Of a stretch of 64,000 nt of DNA, positions 10,784-20,500 are shown one piece after another (position 1 is the first letter of the stretch; every line of letters starts with the position of its first letter). The position numbers were made by a program, and so were the translations under genes. The notes below the pieces were generated by a model, which was not told where the DNA came from, did not search any database, and saw nothing but the letters and a program-made list of their open reading frames with translations. The DNA lies in the NCBI GenBank assembly GCA_963665845.2, contig OY762492.1:224001-288000 (forward strand), written 5' to 3'. The DNA is from Candidatus Poribacteria bacterium. Lineage in GTDB: Bacteria; Poribacteria; WGA-4E; GCA-2687025.

Positions 10784-11478
10784 GACGCCGCCCGGCGCGC
10801 CGTCTCCAGCGGGACGATGCGCTGAACCGCCGCCGCTGGGGCGCTCTCCAGCTCCTCCAGCGATACGGCGTCCTCGATGCGGTACGGCCCGATTCGCGTC
10901 CGCCGCAGCGCGTGGATATGCGCGCCGCATCCGAGTTCCCGCCCGATGTCATGCGCCAGGACGCGGATATACGCCCCGCGCGAGCAGACGCACCGTATTT
11001 TGAGCGTCGGCGGTTCGCAATGGAGCGGCTCCAGCGCGGACACTTTCACTTCGCGCGGCTGTCTTTCAATCGTGATGCCCTCGCGCGCGTAGGCGTAAAG
11101 CGGCTTGCCCTTGTGTTTCAGGGCGGAGAACATCGGCGGCGTCTGTTGAATGACGCCCCGAAACGGCGCCAGCGCCCGCTCGATCTCCTCTTCGTTCAGC
11201 GGCGGAATTTCCCGCTCCGCCGTGATTTGACCCGATGCGTCATGCGAGTCGGTTTCGACGCCGAGCGTCATCTCCGCAACATACTCTTTTTCATGCGTCT
11301 GGAGCGGCTCAAACAGCTTCGTCGCTTTGCCCATGCAGACGAGCAGGACGCCGGTCGCCTCTGGGTCTAATGTCCCTGCATGCCCCGCCTTTTTGACAGC
11401 GAGCGCCTTTTTGACGCGCGTCACCGCCGCCTGCGAGGAGACGCTGAGCGGCTTGTCGATATTCAATAGTCCGTCCAT
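10780..11478 (-). CDS. truB: tRNA pseudouridine(55) synthase
   Basis: GLLNIDKP, KAGHAGTLDPEATG, PPMFSALK, CSRGAYIR. Confidence 0.95.
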   Translation of the reverse strand: MDGLLNIDKPLSVSSQAAVTRVKKALAVKKAGHAGTLDPEATGVLLVCMGKATKLFEPLQTHEKEYVAEMTLGVETDSHDASGQITAEREIPPLNEEEIERALAPFRGVIQQTPPMFSALKHKGKPLYAYAREGITIERQPREVKVSALEPLHCEPPTLKIRCVCSRGAYIRVLAHDIGRELGCGAHIHALRRTRIGPYRIEDAVSLEELESAPAAAVQRIVPLETARRAAS

Positions 11479-11481
11479 AGA

Positions 11482-12483
11482 TCAATTTCCCCCGCTGTTG
11501 GAGACCAGAGCGGACAGCGCCTTTACGACGGTCTCTTTTGCCGAGTCGAGCGGCGGCTTCATCAAGCAGCCGGACGCATACGCATGTCCACCGCCTCCAA
11601 AACTTGCGGCGAGGCTGTCCACCTTCACCGCGCCGCCGTTGGAGCGAAAGCTGGCTTTGATGCGTCCGTCCGGCAGTTCGCCAATCAGCGCCGCCGCCGC
11701 GACGCCTTCAATGGAACGGGCGTAATCGATGAACCCGTCCACATCCTCGACGGTTGTATCGGTCGCGCGGTACATCTCCTGCGTCACATGCATGGAGGCG
11801 ACCCGCCCGTTTTCCGTTCGGCGCAGCGTGTTGAGAACCGCCGCTAGAAGCCGCGTTTGCCCTTCTGTCCGCGATCCGTAAATATGATGATACGCCCGCT
11901 GCGGATCAACGCCGCGCGACACCAGGTCTGACGCCGCGGCGAGGCATTTTGCCGTGGTGTTTGAAAAACGAAAATTGCCCGTGTCGCCGATGATGCCCGC
12001 ATAGAGGCATTCGGCGATGTTTTGGTCGATTTCCCAGCCGGCGTATTGAAAGTAATCGTATAAGATTTCGCATGTGGCGCTCGCCTCAGTACGAACGCAT
12101 GCCGCGTCCGCAAACGGCTCTCCCGTCGCATGATGGTCGATGTTGATCGTGAGGCGCCGGTCGCTCACCAGCGGGATGATCTGCCGCCCGATGCGTATGA
12201 GGCTGCTGACATCAACGACGGCGAGGACATCCATCGACTCGTTCTGCGGCTGATGGCGGATGCGTTCGGCGCCCGGCAGGTATTGCGCGATTCGCGGCGC
12301 CGGGTCCCGCCCGACGATTTCAACCCGCTTGCCTTGCTGCTCTAGCGCCAGCGCCAGCGCCAGCTGCGAGCCGACCGCGTCCGGATCCGGCAAAATATGC
12401 GAGACGATCCAGAACGATTCATGCGCTTCAAACGCTTCGCTCAAGCGGGCAAAATCGGCGTTCAGCGGCTCATTCTTCCTCAT
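11482..12483 (-). CDS. nrnA: DHH/DHHA1 family oligoribonuclease/PAP phosphatase
   Basis: SHILPDPDAVGS, NIDHH, GDTGNF, GGGGHAYASG. Position between rbfA and truB. Confidence 0.88.
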   Translation of the reverse strand: MRKNEPLNADFARLSEAFEAHESFWIVSHILPDPDAVGSQLALALALEQQGKRVEIVGRDPAPRIAQYLPGAERIRHQPQNESMDVLAVVDVSSLIRIGRQIIPLVSDRRLTINIDHHATGEPFADAACVRTEASATCEILYDYFQYAGWEIDQNIAECLYAGIIGDTGNFRFSNTTAKCLAAASDLVSRGVDPQRAYHHIYGSRTEGQTRLLAAVLNTLRRTENGRVASMHVTQEMYRATDTTVEDVDGFIDYARSIEGVAAAALIGELPDGRIKASFRSNGGAVKVDSLAASFGGGGHAYASGCLMKPPLDSAKETVVKALSALVSNSGGN

Positions 12484-12850
12484 CGGAACCCGTGTCCAGA
12501 CCTTTCAATATCTTGTCCATTTCCAGCATGTTGTCAACGCCTTCGTCGCGCTGAAAACGCAGCTCTGGGCTGCGGCGCAAACGAAGCCGCCTTCCCGCTT
12601 CCCTCCGTATAAAGCCGGACGCTTTCTTCAGCGCCTTCTCCGCCGCTTTCCAGTTCTCCTTCGGAAACACGCTGAGATACACCCACGCCACCTTCAGGTC
12701 GCGCGACAAGCGGACGCGCATGACCGTACAGCCGGCGAGGCGCGGGTCTTTCACATCGCGCTGTAAGATTTCGCTCAATTCTTTCATCAAACTGCTGGCG
12801 ACGCGGTCGCTGCGCGGAAAGGAACCGCCGCCTTCAAACATATCTACCAT
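12470..12850 (-). CDS. rbfA: 30S ribosome-binding factor A
   Basis: RSDRVA, VKDPRL, SRDLKVAWVY, LRRSPELRFQRD. Confidence 0.92.
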   Translation of the reverse strand: MVDMFEGGGSFPRSDRVASSLMKELSEILQRDVKDPRLAGCTVMRVRLSRDLKVAWVYLSVFPKENWKAAEKALKKASGFIRREAGRRLRLRRSPELRFQRDEGVDNMLEMDKILKGLDTGSDEEE

Positions 12851-13125
12851 CGTTCGCGCTCCACTCTCAAGACAATGATCGGAAAAGAGGTTTCAATATA
12901 CTCCGCAATTTTGGACGTCATGCTCTCCGCATGCCGCGCGTTGTTCGACACGCAGGCGACGCCCAGCTCGCATTCGTTCCAGCGGTCCATCAAGCCCACC
13001 TCGGCGATCGCGGCGTTGAACCGATGCCGCGTCCGGTCTTTGATACTGCGCACAATCCGCCGTTTTTCTTTTAAAGAACGGCATCCAGGCGTCTGAAAAT
13101 GAATCTTGCATACCGCCACAAACAT
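12844..13125 (-). CDS. DUF503 (YlxP-like) protein
   Basis: SLKEKRRIV...FNAAIAEV...LGVACVSN; usual neighbour of rbfA. Confidence 0.88.
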   Translation of the reverse strand: MFVAVCKIHFQTPGCRSLKEKRRIVRSIKDRTRHRFNAAIAEVGLMDRWNECELGVACVSNNARHAESMTSKIAEYIETSFPIIVLRVERERW

Positions 13126-13174
13126 TGCAGCATAGAATCTTACCCCGCCTAGCCCGCTATTACAAACCGCAAAG

Positions 13175-13203
13175 TTGACCCGCTCCCCGTTCGGCGCTAA
13201 ATT
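13175..13203 (+). promoter_or_regulatory. Putative sigma70 promoter
   Basis: TTGACC-17 nt-TAAATT upstream of the LamG gene. Confidence 0.45.
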
Positions 13204-13234
13204 AACGGGACCACTTGGACTAGGGAGAACAGAG

Positions 13235-14026
13235 ATGATTCAACGGATACAACGCTTCACCGCTGCGGCATGCCTGTTCGCCGTCGCAGCCTTCGCCGCG
13301 CAAGCGGAAATTGACCCCGAAACGATCGTCGGAGCCTGGCTCTTCGACGACAACGCAGGCAACACCGCCTCCGACTCATCCGAGAACGGATTCGACGGCG
13401 AAATCAACGGCGCCGAATGGGACGACGGCGTCTTCGGTTCCGCCCTTTCCTTTGACGGCGACGACTGGGTCTCCATAGCAAGCGACCCGGCTCTCCAGAT
13501 CGGCGATGAGCTTACCATGATGGCGTACTTCTTCGCCGAAGACATCGACTCATGGCGGCAGCTGATCGCCAAATCGGACGAATACCTGCTTCGAATCGAC
13601 CCGCCCGGCGAGGGCAACCGAATGTCCGCCTTTGTGAAAGCGGGCGGATCATGGGAACCGCGCGCCGCCTCGCGCATTCCGGAACTGGACACATGGATTC
13701 ATTTCGCCGCCGTCTACAGAGCCAATCCTGCTGGCGCCGAGCGAAGCCTCATGCTGTATGTGGACGGCGCATTACACGAAGGCGGAGCCGACAGACAAGG
13801 GAATATCGCCCCGACCGAAAACCCGGTCGACATCGGGCGGTGGAACAACGGCTCCTACTTCATTGGACTCATCGATGAAGCCGCCATCTTCAACGCCGCG
13901 CTCAGCGAGGAGGATATTCTCGGAATCAAAGAGGACGGACTGCAAGTTGCGCTGTCAGGCGGACTTGCGGCGACAGCGGCAGGCAAAATGGCCGTCCTGT
14001 GGGCAAACATCCGAAACGGAAACTAA
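13235..14026 (+). CDS. Secreted LamG/concanavalin-like jelly-roll protein
   Basis: Signal peptide AQA-E; VGAWLFDD, G.FGSALSFDG, WIHFAAVY, LYVDG, GLIDEAAIFNAALS; C-terminal GKMAVLWANIR. Confidence 0.88.
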   Translation: MIQRIQRFTAAACLFAVAAFAAQAEIDPETIVGAWLFDDNAGNTASDSSENGFDGEINGAEWDDGVFGSALSFDGDDWVSIASDPALQIGDELTMMAYFFAEDIDSWRQLIAKSDEYLLRIDPPGEGNRMSAFVKAGGSWEPRAASRIPELDTWIHFAAVYRANPAGAERSLMLYVDGALHEGGADRQGNIAPTENPVDIGRWNNGSYFIGLIDEAAIFNAALSEEDILGIKEDGLQVALSGGLAATAAGKMAVLWANIRNGN

Positions 14027-15168
14027 CCGCCCCCAGGGATCAGATGCCATAAACCGCCCGTCCCGCGCGCCAACAAACGATGCTGGGGGATGTCAAGGCC
14101 GATCACGTCCACGACAATCCCCCGCCGCATCAATGCGGACAGGACTTCCGTAAAAGAAGGCGCGCCCTGCAAAGGCTCGTCCGTAATCAAGATAAAACGC
14201 CGCTCCACATCCGCGCGAAACTTCACCTTCTCCATCGCGCGGTGGAGCGCCGTCAGCGCGCGCTCGGTCCCGCCCACCTTCACATTCGCCAGCAAACGCT
14301 CATACCGCGCAATATCGGCCGACTGCGGAAATACGAGAAACTTTGCCGCCTTGAACTTCACGACGCCAAACGTCGCATCCACCTGGCGCCGCTTCAGCTC
14401 TTGCGCCATTGCCGATAAATTTTCCTTCACCGCGCGAATGTTGTCCGCCATGCTGGCGCTCAAATCGAGCAGAAAAACGATGTCCGCAGGGCGCGCCTCC
14501 TTGCCGCCGACCGACTCCGCAATCTCCTGAAGCGCCTCGCCGACGCTCCCTTCCTCAGCCGACGCGGGAGATTCCGGCGCAGGCGCGGCGGACGATTCCG
14601 ACGGCGGAGGCGGCGCGCCTCCCGACATACCCCGCCGCTCCGAAAACTCTCTCGACAAAGGACGCGGACTTGTCAAGGCGCCCGACCGCTGCGCCGAAAC
14701 AGGCGTCAACGGAAGCGGTTCAAGCGCGGGAAGCGCCGTCTCAACGACAGGATCGGAAGCGGCGGTCTCTTCGGCAGGCTCCAGTTTCTCCATCGGAGCC
14801 GACTCTGGAGGCTGCTCAGCGGCTTGAGAAGACGAAATCGACTCCTGCGCCTCCGACAGCGCAGGAGATTCCTCCGATGGCGCCGACCTTGAAACGGGTT
14901 GAGCGGGCTTCGCCTTCGGAGCGGCTTTGGACGGCGCCGGCAAAAACACAGCATACGCCGTCTCGCCGCTCGGAAGCGGGTCAAGCGGAGGCGGAACCGC
15001 AATCGGCATGAACGGCGAATACGCAAGAAACGCCAGCGCGGCCGCATGCGTCAACAGCGACAGAAAAAACGACGCCCCCATCCGCCGCGAACGCCGCCGC
15101 CGCGCCCTTTGCCGCGCGCGCCTCCTTCTGAGTTCGGACAAGCGCGAATTCAACATACGCCTCATCAT
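14023..15168 (-). CDS. Membrane-anchored vWA domain protein with Pro/Ser/Glu-rich linker
   Basis: TM segment SLLTHAAALAFLAY (TonB-like S..H), low-complexity linker, MIDAS motif DLSASM and ILITDE. Start approximate. Confidence 0.8.
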   Translation of the reverse strand: MMRRMLNSRLSELRRRRARQRARRRRSRRMGASFFLSLLTHAAALAFLAYSPFMPIAVPPPLDPLPSGETAYAVFLPAPSKAAPKAKPAQPVSRSAPSEESPALSEAQESISSSQAAEQPPESAPMEKLEPAEETAASDPVVETALPALEPLPLTPVSAQRSGALTSPRPLSREFSERRGMSGGAPPPPSESSAAPAPESPASAEEGSVGEALQEIAESVGGKEARPADIVFLLDLSASMADNIRAVKENLSAMAQELKRRQVDATFGVVKFKAAKFLVFPQSADIARYERLLANVKVGGTERALTALHRAMEKVKFRADVERRFILITDEPLQGAPSFTEVLSALMRRGIVVDVIGLDIPQHRLLARGTGGLWHLIPGGG

Positions 15169-15268
15169 ACCCCGAAAACGAGAACGGCAAAAGAGACGCG
15201 GCTTCTGGGCAGTACTCCCATGCGATGATAGTCGTTTTTTTAATTCTAAATCCTCTGCGCCGCCGGTC

Positions 15269-15420
15269 GTCATTCCCGTGAAAACGGGAATCTTAGGCGT
15301 CAATGGCCAGCAGAAAAGCCCTTGTACCACTCGCTGTCATTCCCGCGCAAGCGGGAATCCAGAAGCGTCGCAGACAGCGTCCGCGTTCACACCCAGCGTT
15401 GTCCCAACTTTAAGGCTAAG
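15269..15420. repeat. Two REP-like palindromes plus a MITE end remnant
   Basis: GTCATTCCCGTGAAAACGGGAATC at 15269 and GTCATTCCCGCGCAAGCGGGAATC at 15336, followed by ...TGTCCCAACTTTAAGG. Confidence 0.75.
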
Positions 15421-15484
15421 CTTGGTTTGGAAGGGTTGTTTCGGAGCCGCCCATTGCGCAACGGCTCCGAAACAAGATCAGCAG

Positions 15485-16001
15485 TTAATTGCTTGCCAGT
15501 TTGTTCAGCGTTCCTGACATCTTAAGACTGCCGCAGTGTTCGGTTGTTGCGGATTCAACCACATTTGCGGTGGAGCCGGAGAATGCCAGCGTTGAGCTGG
15601 TCGTTACAATCACCCCGCAATCTTTGTCGAAATCAATGTCGGAGTATCCGCCGGCGGTTGCGGTGAAGAAACCGGTTTCGTTGATTTTACCGGTGACCGC
15701 CGGGAAGGAATCTCCGTCTATGGATCCGGTGATCGTGAGTTGGTCGTCGGACTGCGCCACCTCAATGCGCATGGAACCCGTCAAATCGTCTTCCAGCAAA
15801 TCCGCGGAAAATGTGACTGAGCCGGTGTAGGTTCCCGCAACCTGCGGGTATGTGGGGTCAGGCGGATCGGTTGGACCGTCATCGCCGCATGATACGGCGG
15901 ACAGGATGAGGAGAAGAGGCGTCAGAAGCCAGAGCCGCTGTACCCCCCCCGCGGAATCTTCGCCGCGGATTGAAAGTGTGTTGAGTCTCGCTCATTTTCA
16001 T
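15485..16001 (-). pseudogene. Lipoprotein gene frameshifted at a G8 tract (candidate phase-variable gene)
   Basis: GGAG then ATG at 16001 gives MKMSETQHTFNPRRRFRGG. After the G8 (15943-15950) another frame gives VQRLWLLTPLLLILSAVS-C-GDD (lipobox-like) through to the stop at 15485. Length 517 = 3n+1. Confidence 0.75.
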
Positions 16002-16091
16002 TTTGTCTCCATTGCTAATGGTGCGCAAGGGTTTCATTTCCCTGCTCAAAACTAAAGCTGCCCCGTAATCCCACAGAAGGCAAGTTTATCG

Positions 16092-16258
16092 CTGACCTTA
16101 CGTCTTTAGTTGGACATGTCGGCAGGCGAACGCGGACGTCTTCTGTGGCGCCTCTAGATTCCCGCTTGCGCGGGAATGACGATTTGGTTGGCGACGCCTT
16201 TTTCCCATGAATAAAGGCTTTGGTCGTTCAAATGTCCCAACTTTCAGCATGAGGTCAG
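16092..16258. mobile_element. MITE, CTGACC-ended family, with TSD
   Basis: Ends CTGACCTTACGTCTTTAGTTGGACAT and ATGTCCCAACTTTCAGCATGAGGTCAG. TTTATCG is repeated directly at 16085-16091 and 16259-16265. Internal REP at 16157-16180. Confidence 0.75.
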
Positions 16259-16259
16259 T

Positions 16260-17297
16260 TTATCGGAGACGCTTCGTACGCCGCTCATGCTCTTCGACAG
16301 GTCCTTCTTGGCAGAGGCGGCGGTAGCTCTGGTAACGTTCTGGGCTGACGCCGCCCGTTTCAATAGCGCCGCGGACAGCACAGCCAGGTTCCTCAAAATG
16401 CCAGCAGTCGCTGAAACGGCACGTTCCGAGATAGGGGCGCATCTCTTTGAAGTAGTAGTCCAACATCTCGGTGGGCGTCCCCCAGATCCCGACCTCGCGC
16501 AGACCGGGCGTGTCGGCGATCTGCGCGCCGAACGGCATCTCATACATTTGAACGAAGGCAGTCGTGTGCCTGCCTTTGCGCGTCGCCTCGCTCACCTGCC
16601 CGACGCGCAGATTGAGGCTCGGATCCAGCGCGTTCAAGATGGACGATTTGCCCGCGCCGGACTGCCCGACGAAGACCGAAAAGAGACCCTTGATGCGCTC
16701 TTTGAGCGGCTCAAGCGTTTCAGGTTGAAGAGCGGAGGCGCCGAACATTTCAACGCCGGCGGGACCGTAAATGCGCTGTACGGTTTGGTCAAGTTCTGCG
16801 CGCTCGTCTGTCGTCAACAGGTCGCATTTGTTAAGAAGCAGAATCGGCTGCGCGCCGCCGTATTCGGCGAGAATGAGCAGGCGGTCGATATAGCGCAGGT
16901 TCAAGCGCGGCCGTTTGACGGAGGCGACGATGACGACCGCGTCAATGTTGGCGGCGATGATCTGTTCGACATCGGGGGCGCGGGCGCGGTCGTCCGCTTT
17001 TGGCAGCAGCCGCGCCAGTTTGGATCGGCGGGGCAGCAGCTCTTCGACGGCGCCGTCAATGCCGCTGACGGAAATGAGCGCCTCGTCGCCCACAGCGAGC
17101 GGGTCGGCGTATCGGCGGTAACGCCCTCCGTCGTCCGCTTCTTCGTACATCGCCTCTTTGAGCCGTCCGCGGAGGACGCAGACGGTTTCTTGGCCGCCGT
17201 GCCGGGCGGTGTAGTAGCCGGATTCGGCGCGTACGATGGTTGCCTGGATGCGCGTCTGATCTGCGATACCGCTCTCCTGTATGCCGCTATTCCGCAT
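16260..17297 (-). CDS. rsgA: Ribosome small subunit-dependent GTPase A
   Basis: AVGDE, IAANID, LNKCDL, GQSGAGKSS, GRHTT, DTPGLRE, Zn motif CRFSDCWHFEEPGC. Start uncertain (17297 ATG or 17267 ATC). Confidence 0.93.
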   Translation of the reverse strand: MRNSGIQESGIADQTRIQATIVRAESGYYTARHGGQETVCVLRGRLKEAMYEEADDGGRYRRYADPLAVGDEALISVSGIDGAVEELLPRRSKLARLLPKADDRARAPDVEQIIAANIDAVVIVASVKRPRLNLRYIDRLLILAEYGGAQPILLLNKCDLLTTDERAELDQTVQRIYGPAGVEMFGASALQPETLEPLKERIKGLFSVFVGQSGAGKSSILNALDPSLNLRVGQVSEATRKGRHTTAFVQMYEMPFGAQIADTPGLREVGIWGTPTEMLDYYFKEMRPYLGTCRFSDCWHFEEPGCAVRGAIETGGVSPERYQSYRRLCQEGPVEEHERRTKRLR

Positions 17298-17337
17298 ATT
17301 GTAAAGCGGAAACGAGCTGGAACGCAAGCGGCTAGAC
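17293..17337 (-). promoter_or_regulatory. Promoter module, copy 1
   Basis: GTCTAGCCGC-TTGCGT-18 nt-TACAAT-ATGCG on the minus strand. Near-identical copies at about 22456 and 27135. Confidence 0.65.
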
Positions 17338-17342
17338 CCAGA

Positions 17343-17496
17343 GGCAGTCTCTATAGGCGATGATTTTGGTTTTAGAGAGCCGTTTTGGAACGCGAAGGTT
17401 GTCTGGGAAAACTCTGGATTCCCGCTTGCGCGGGAATGACGATCTGGATCGGCAGGCCGTCGCGCAAAATGAATATCATCGCCTGTAGGTACTGCC
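17343..17496. mobile_element. MITE with GGCAGT ends and 8-bp TSD (IS1595-like ends)
   Basis: Left end GGCAGTCTCTATAGGCGATGATTTT; reverse complement of right end GGCAGTACCTACAGGCGATGATATT. GACCCAGA at 17335-17342 and 17497-17504. Internal REP at 17417-17440. Confidence 0.8.
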
Positions 17497-17511
17497 GACC
17501 CAGACCTCATT

Positions 17512-20500
17512 TTATTTTAAGACGACCATGCGCCGCAAAGCCGTGAACGAACCCGCCTCAATGCGGACATAATACACCCCGCTGGCGGCAGGTTCGCCTA
17601 AGGCGTTGCGTCCGTCCCAATGGGCAGCTTTGCCGCGGCTGCGGTAGGTTCCAGCCGGCAATTCGCCCAGCTGTAAAACGCGGACGGTTTGACCGGCGGC
17701 GTTGTAGATCGTCACGGCGACGCGGCTCTCTTCCGACAGATCGAACGGTATCCAGGTTTCGGGGTTGAACGGGTTTGGGTAATTCGGCAAGAGAGCCGAT
17801 TCGGTCGGCACGGCGGTCGCCAGCAGTTTGCCGACGTTGATCCTGCCCGCGGAGACAGACTCCTTGTCCAGGACAAAACGAACCGTCCGGACGCCGCCGA
17901 ATGTCCCGCTGGAATCGGAAACGCGCAGATCAAAGGCGTCGCCGACAGCGTAGCTGTCCCCTGTCAACGCCAGAAGCGGCAGCGAGAAACGGCCGGAAGC
18001 GGAGCCGCGGCCCGCTATATCTGACGCGGTCTGTCCAGTCTGCAGGTTCGCAATGGAAATCTCCAACCCGTTCAGCGGCGCCAGATTGTCCTCCCGCGCT
18101 ACGGATCCCTCTACAACAAGAAGCGGCGTCGCGGACGGGTCGTACGCGGACGGGTCGTACGCGGCCGCCTCCGCGGACGCGGCGGCAGTCGACGCGCCGT
18201 ATGACCATGCGGAGCCGTCGAAGGTCAAGATGGCATCCTCTTCCGCCAAGATGATATAACCATTCCCGCCCTTCGCCGCGTCGGTCGAGTCGTTGGCGAT
18301 CTGAAAAAGAGCGTTGCCGGTATTGTCATGCTTCAAGGCAATCACGATCAGCGGAACGGTTGAAAGAGACGCCAAATCGCCGATCGTCTCCACGGCGCCG
18401 GCGCGCGTGACGCCGATTAAGTTCATGCCGGCGCGCAGCGCAACCTCCCGCTTCAGAAGCCCGCCCGTGAACGTAACAAACTTCGCGCTTTTCATGGAGG
18501 CTATGACAGCAGTTTCGTCCGACAACGGGAGATCGGAACCGGCTAAGCCTTCCGTATACACTTTGAAATGGTTCGATTCGGGAGAGTACGCCACCAGAAA
18601 CTGGACATCTTGAGAACCGCCTAGCGCCGCGTACAGATCGCTCATTTTCTTCAGCTGCGGATCGTTCACCGGAACATGCAGCATGTTGAGACCCAGGCGC
18701 AGGTCCACTGTGAAGGAAGAGCCGCGCACAATATTAACAGAGTATGTGTTGGAGGCTTCGTTGTTGCCCGCGGCGTTGGCGGGGACGCTCACCGTAACAG
18801 CTCCTGCGCTGGACGACTCAATGGTCGCCGTGTAGGTTTTGCCGCTGCCGGCAAGGTTGGTCGCCGAGCCGTTGGTCACAACAATGTCGGACGATGTGAA
18901 ACCTGTCACGGCGGAGCTGAATAGGATCGTCACATTGAATGCGCCAGCTGGCGCTTCGCTCGGACCAGACACGATCACTGTTGGGCGAGCGGTAGGAACG
19001 GTAAGATCGCTGATGTCCCATATCCGAATCGTGTTGTCGCTGCTGCCGCTGGCAATCGTCTGACCGTCCGGAGAATACGCCACGGATCTGACCATATCCG
19101 TATGTCCCCGGAAAGTTGCGAGATGCTCTCCCGTGTCGGCGTTCCAGGTCCAAATCGTGTTGTCGCCGCTGCCGGCGGCGATCGTCTGACCGTCCGGAGA
19201 ATACGCCACAGAAGAGACCCAATTCATATGCCCTTGAAGAGTTCGTATCAGCGCTCCCGTGTTGGCATTCCAGATTCGAACCTTGTAGTCGTCGCCGCCG
19301 CTGGCGATCGTTTGACCGTCCGGAGAATACGCGACGGAATTGACAGGAGCCGTATGCCCTTGAAGAGTTCGGAGATGCGCGCCCGTATTGGCGTTCCAGA
19401 TGTGTATCGTGTTGTCGTCGCCGCCGCTGGCGATCGTCTGACCGTCCGGAGAATACGCCGCAGAATAGAAAACATTAGACGTATCCCCGCGAAGAGTTCG
19501 GAGATGCGCGCCTGTGTTGGCGTTCCAGATCCGAATCGTGTCGTCGGCGGAGGAGCTGGCGAGCGTCCGACCGTCCGGAGAATACGCCGCAGAAAAGACC
19601 CAATTCGTATGTCCCTGGAGAGTTCTGATATGCGCTCCCGTGTCGGCGTTCCAGATCCGAACCGTTTTGTCGTTGCTGCCGCTGGCGATTGTCAGACCGT
19701 CCGGAGAATACGCTACGGACTTGACCCGATTCGTATGTCCCTGGAGAGTTCTGATATGCGCCCCCGTGTCGGCGTTCCAGAGCCGAATCGTATGGTCGTC
19801 GCTGCCGGCAGCGATTGTCTGGCCGTCCGGAGAATACGCCACAGAAACAACGCTATCCGTATGCCCTGTCAGAACCTGCTGCGAGCGGTAGTCGGCAGAG
19901 TAGGTGTTGGAGGCTTCGCTGCTCCCCCAGACGTTGGCGGCGGCGTTGGCGGGAACGCTCACCGTAACAGCTCCAGCGCTGGACGGCTCAATTGTTGCCG
20001 TGTAGATTGCGCCGCTGCCGGCAAAGTTTGTCACAGAGCCGTTGGTCACAACAATGTCGGATGATGTGAAACCTGCAACAGCGGAGCTGAATGCGACCGT
20101 CACCTTGAATGCGCTTGTTTGCGATTCGATCGGACCGGACACGGACGCTATTGGGCGGGTTGCGATGTTCCAGACCCGAATCGTGTCGTCGGCGCTGCCG
20201 CTGACGACCTTCTGACCGTTCGGAGAATACGCTGCGAACGAGACAATCCCCTTACGCCACCATTGATACCATTCAAGAGTTTGCATCGGCGCGCCCGTGT
20301 TGGCGTTCCAGATACGAACCGTGGAGTCGGCGCTGCCGCTGGCGATCGTCAAACCGTCCGGCGAATACGCCACGGAATAAACATCGCTTGTATGCCCTTG
20401 AAGCGTTCGTATAGGCGCGCCCGTGCCGGCATTCCAAACCCGAATCGTGTCGTCGGCGCTGCCGCTGACGATCGTCTGACCGTTCGGAGAATACGCGATG

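Noticed and set aside
15169-15330. Long N-terminal extensions in the ORF track (vWA gene; also rsgA to 17510, ribF to 10930, sulfatase to 58585)
   Set aside because: They read through REP/MITE DNA, neighbouring genes or intergenic sequence; downstream starts match the conserved domains.
18131-18164. 15-bp duplication (AYDPS twice) in paralog 1, and a 41-bp indel in its leader
   Set aside because: Ordinary slippage events with no evident functional signal.
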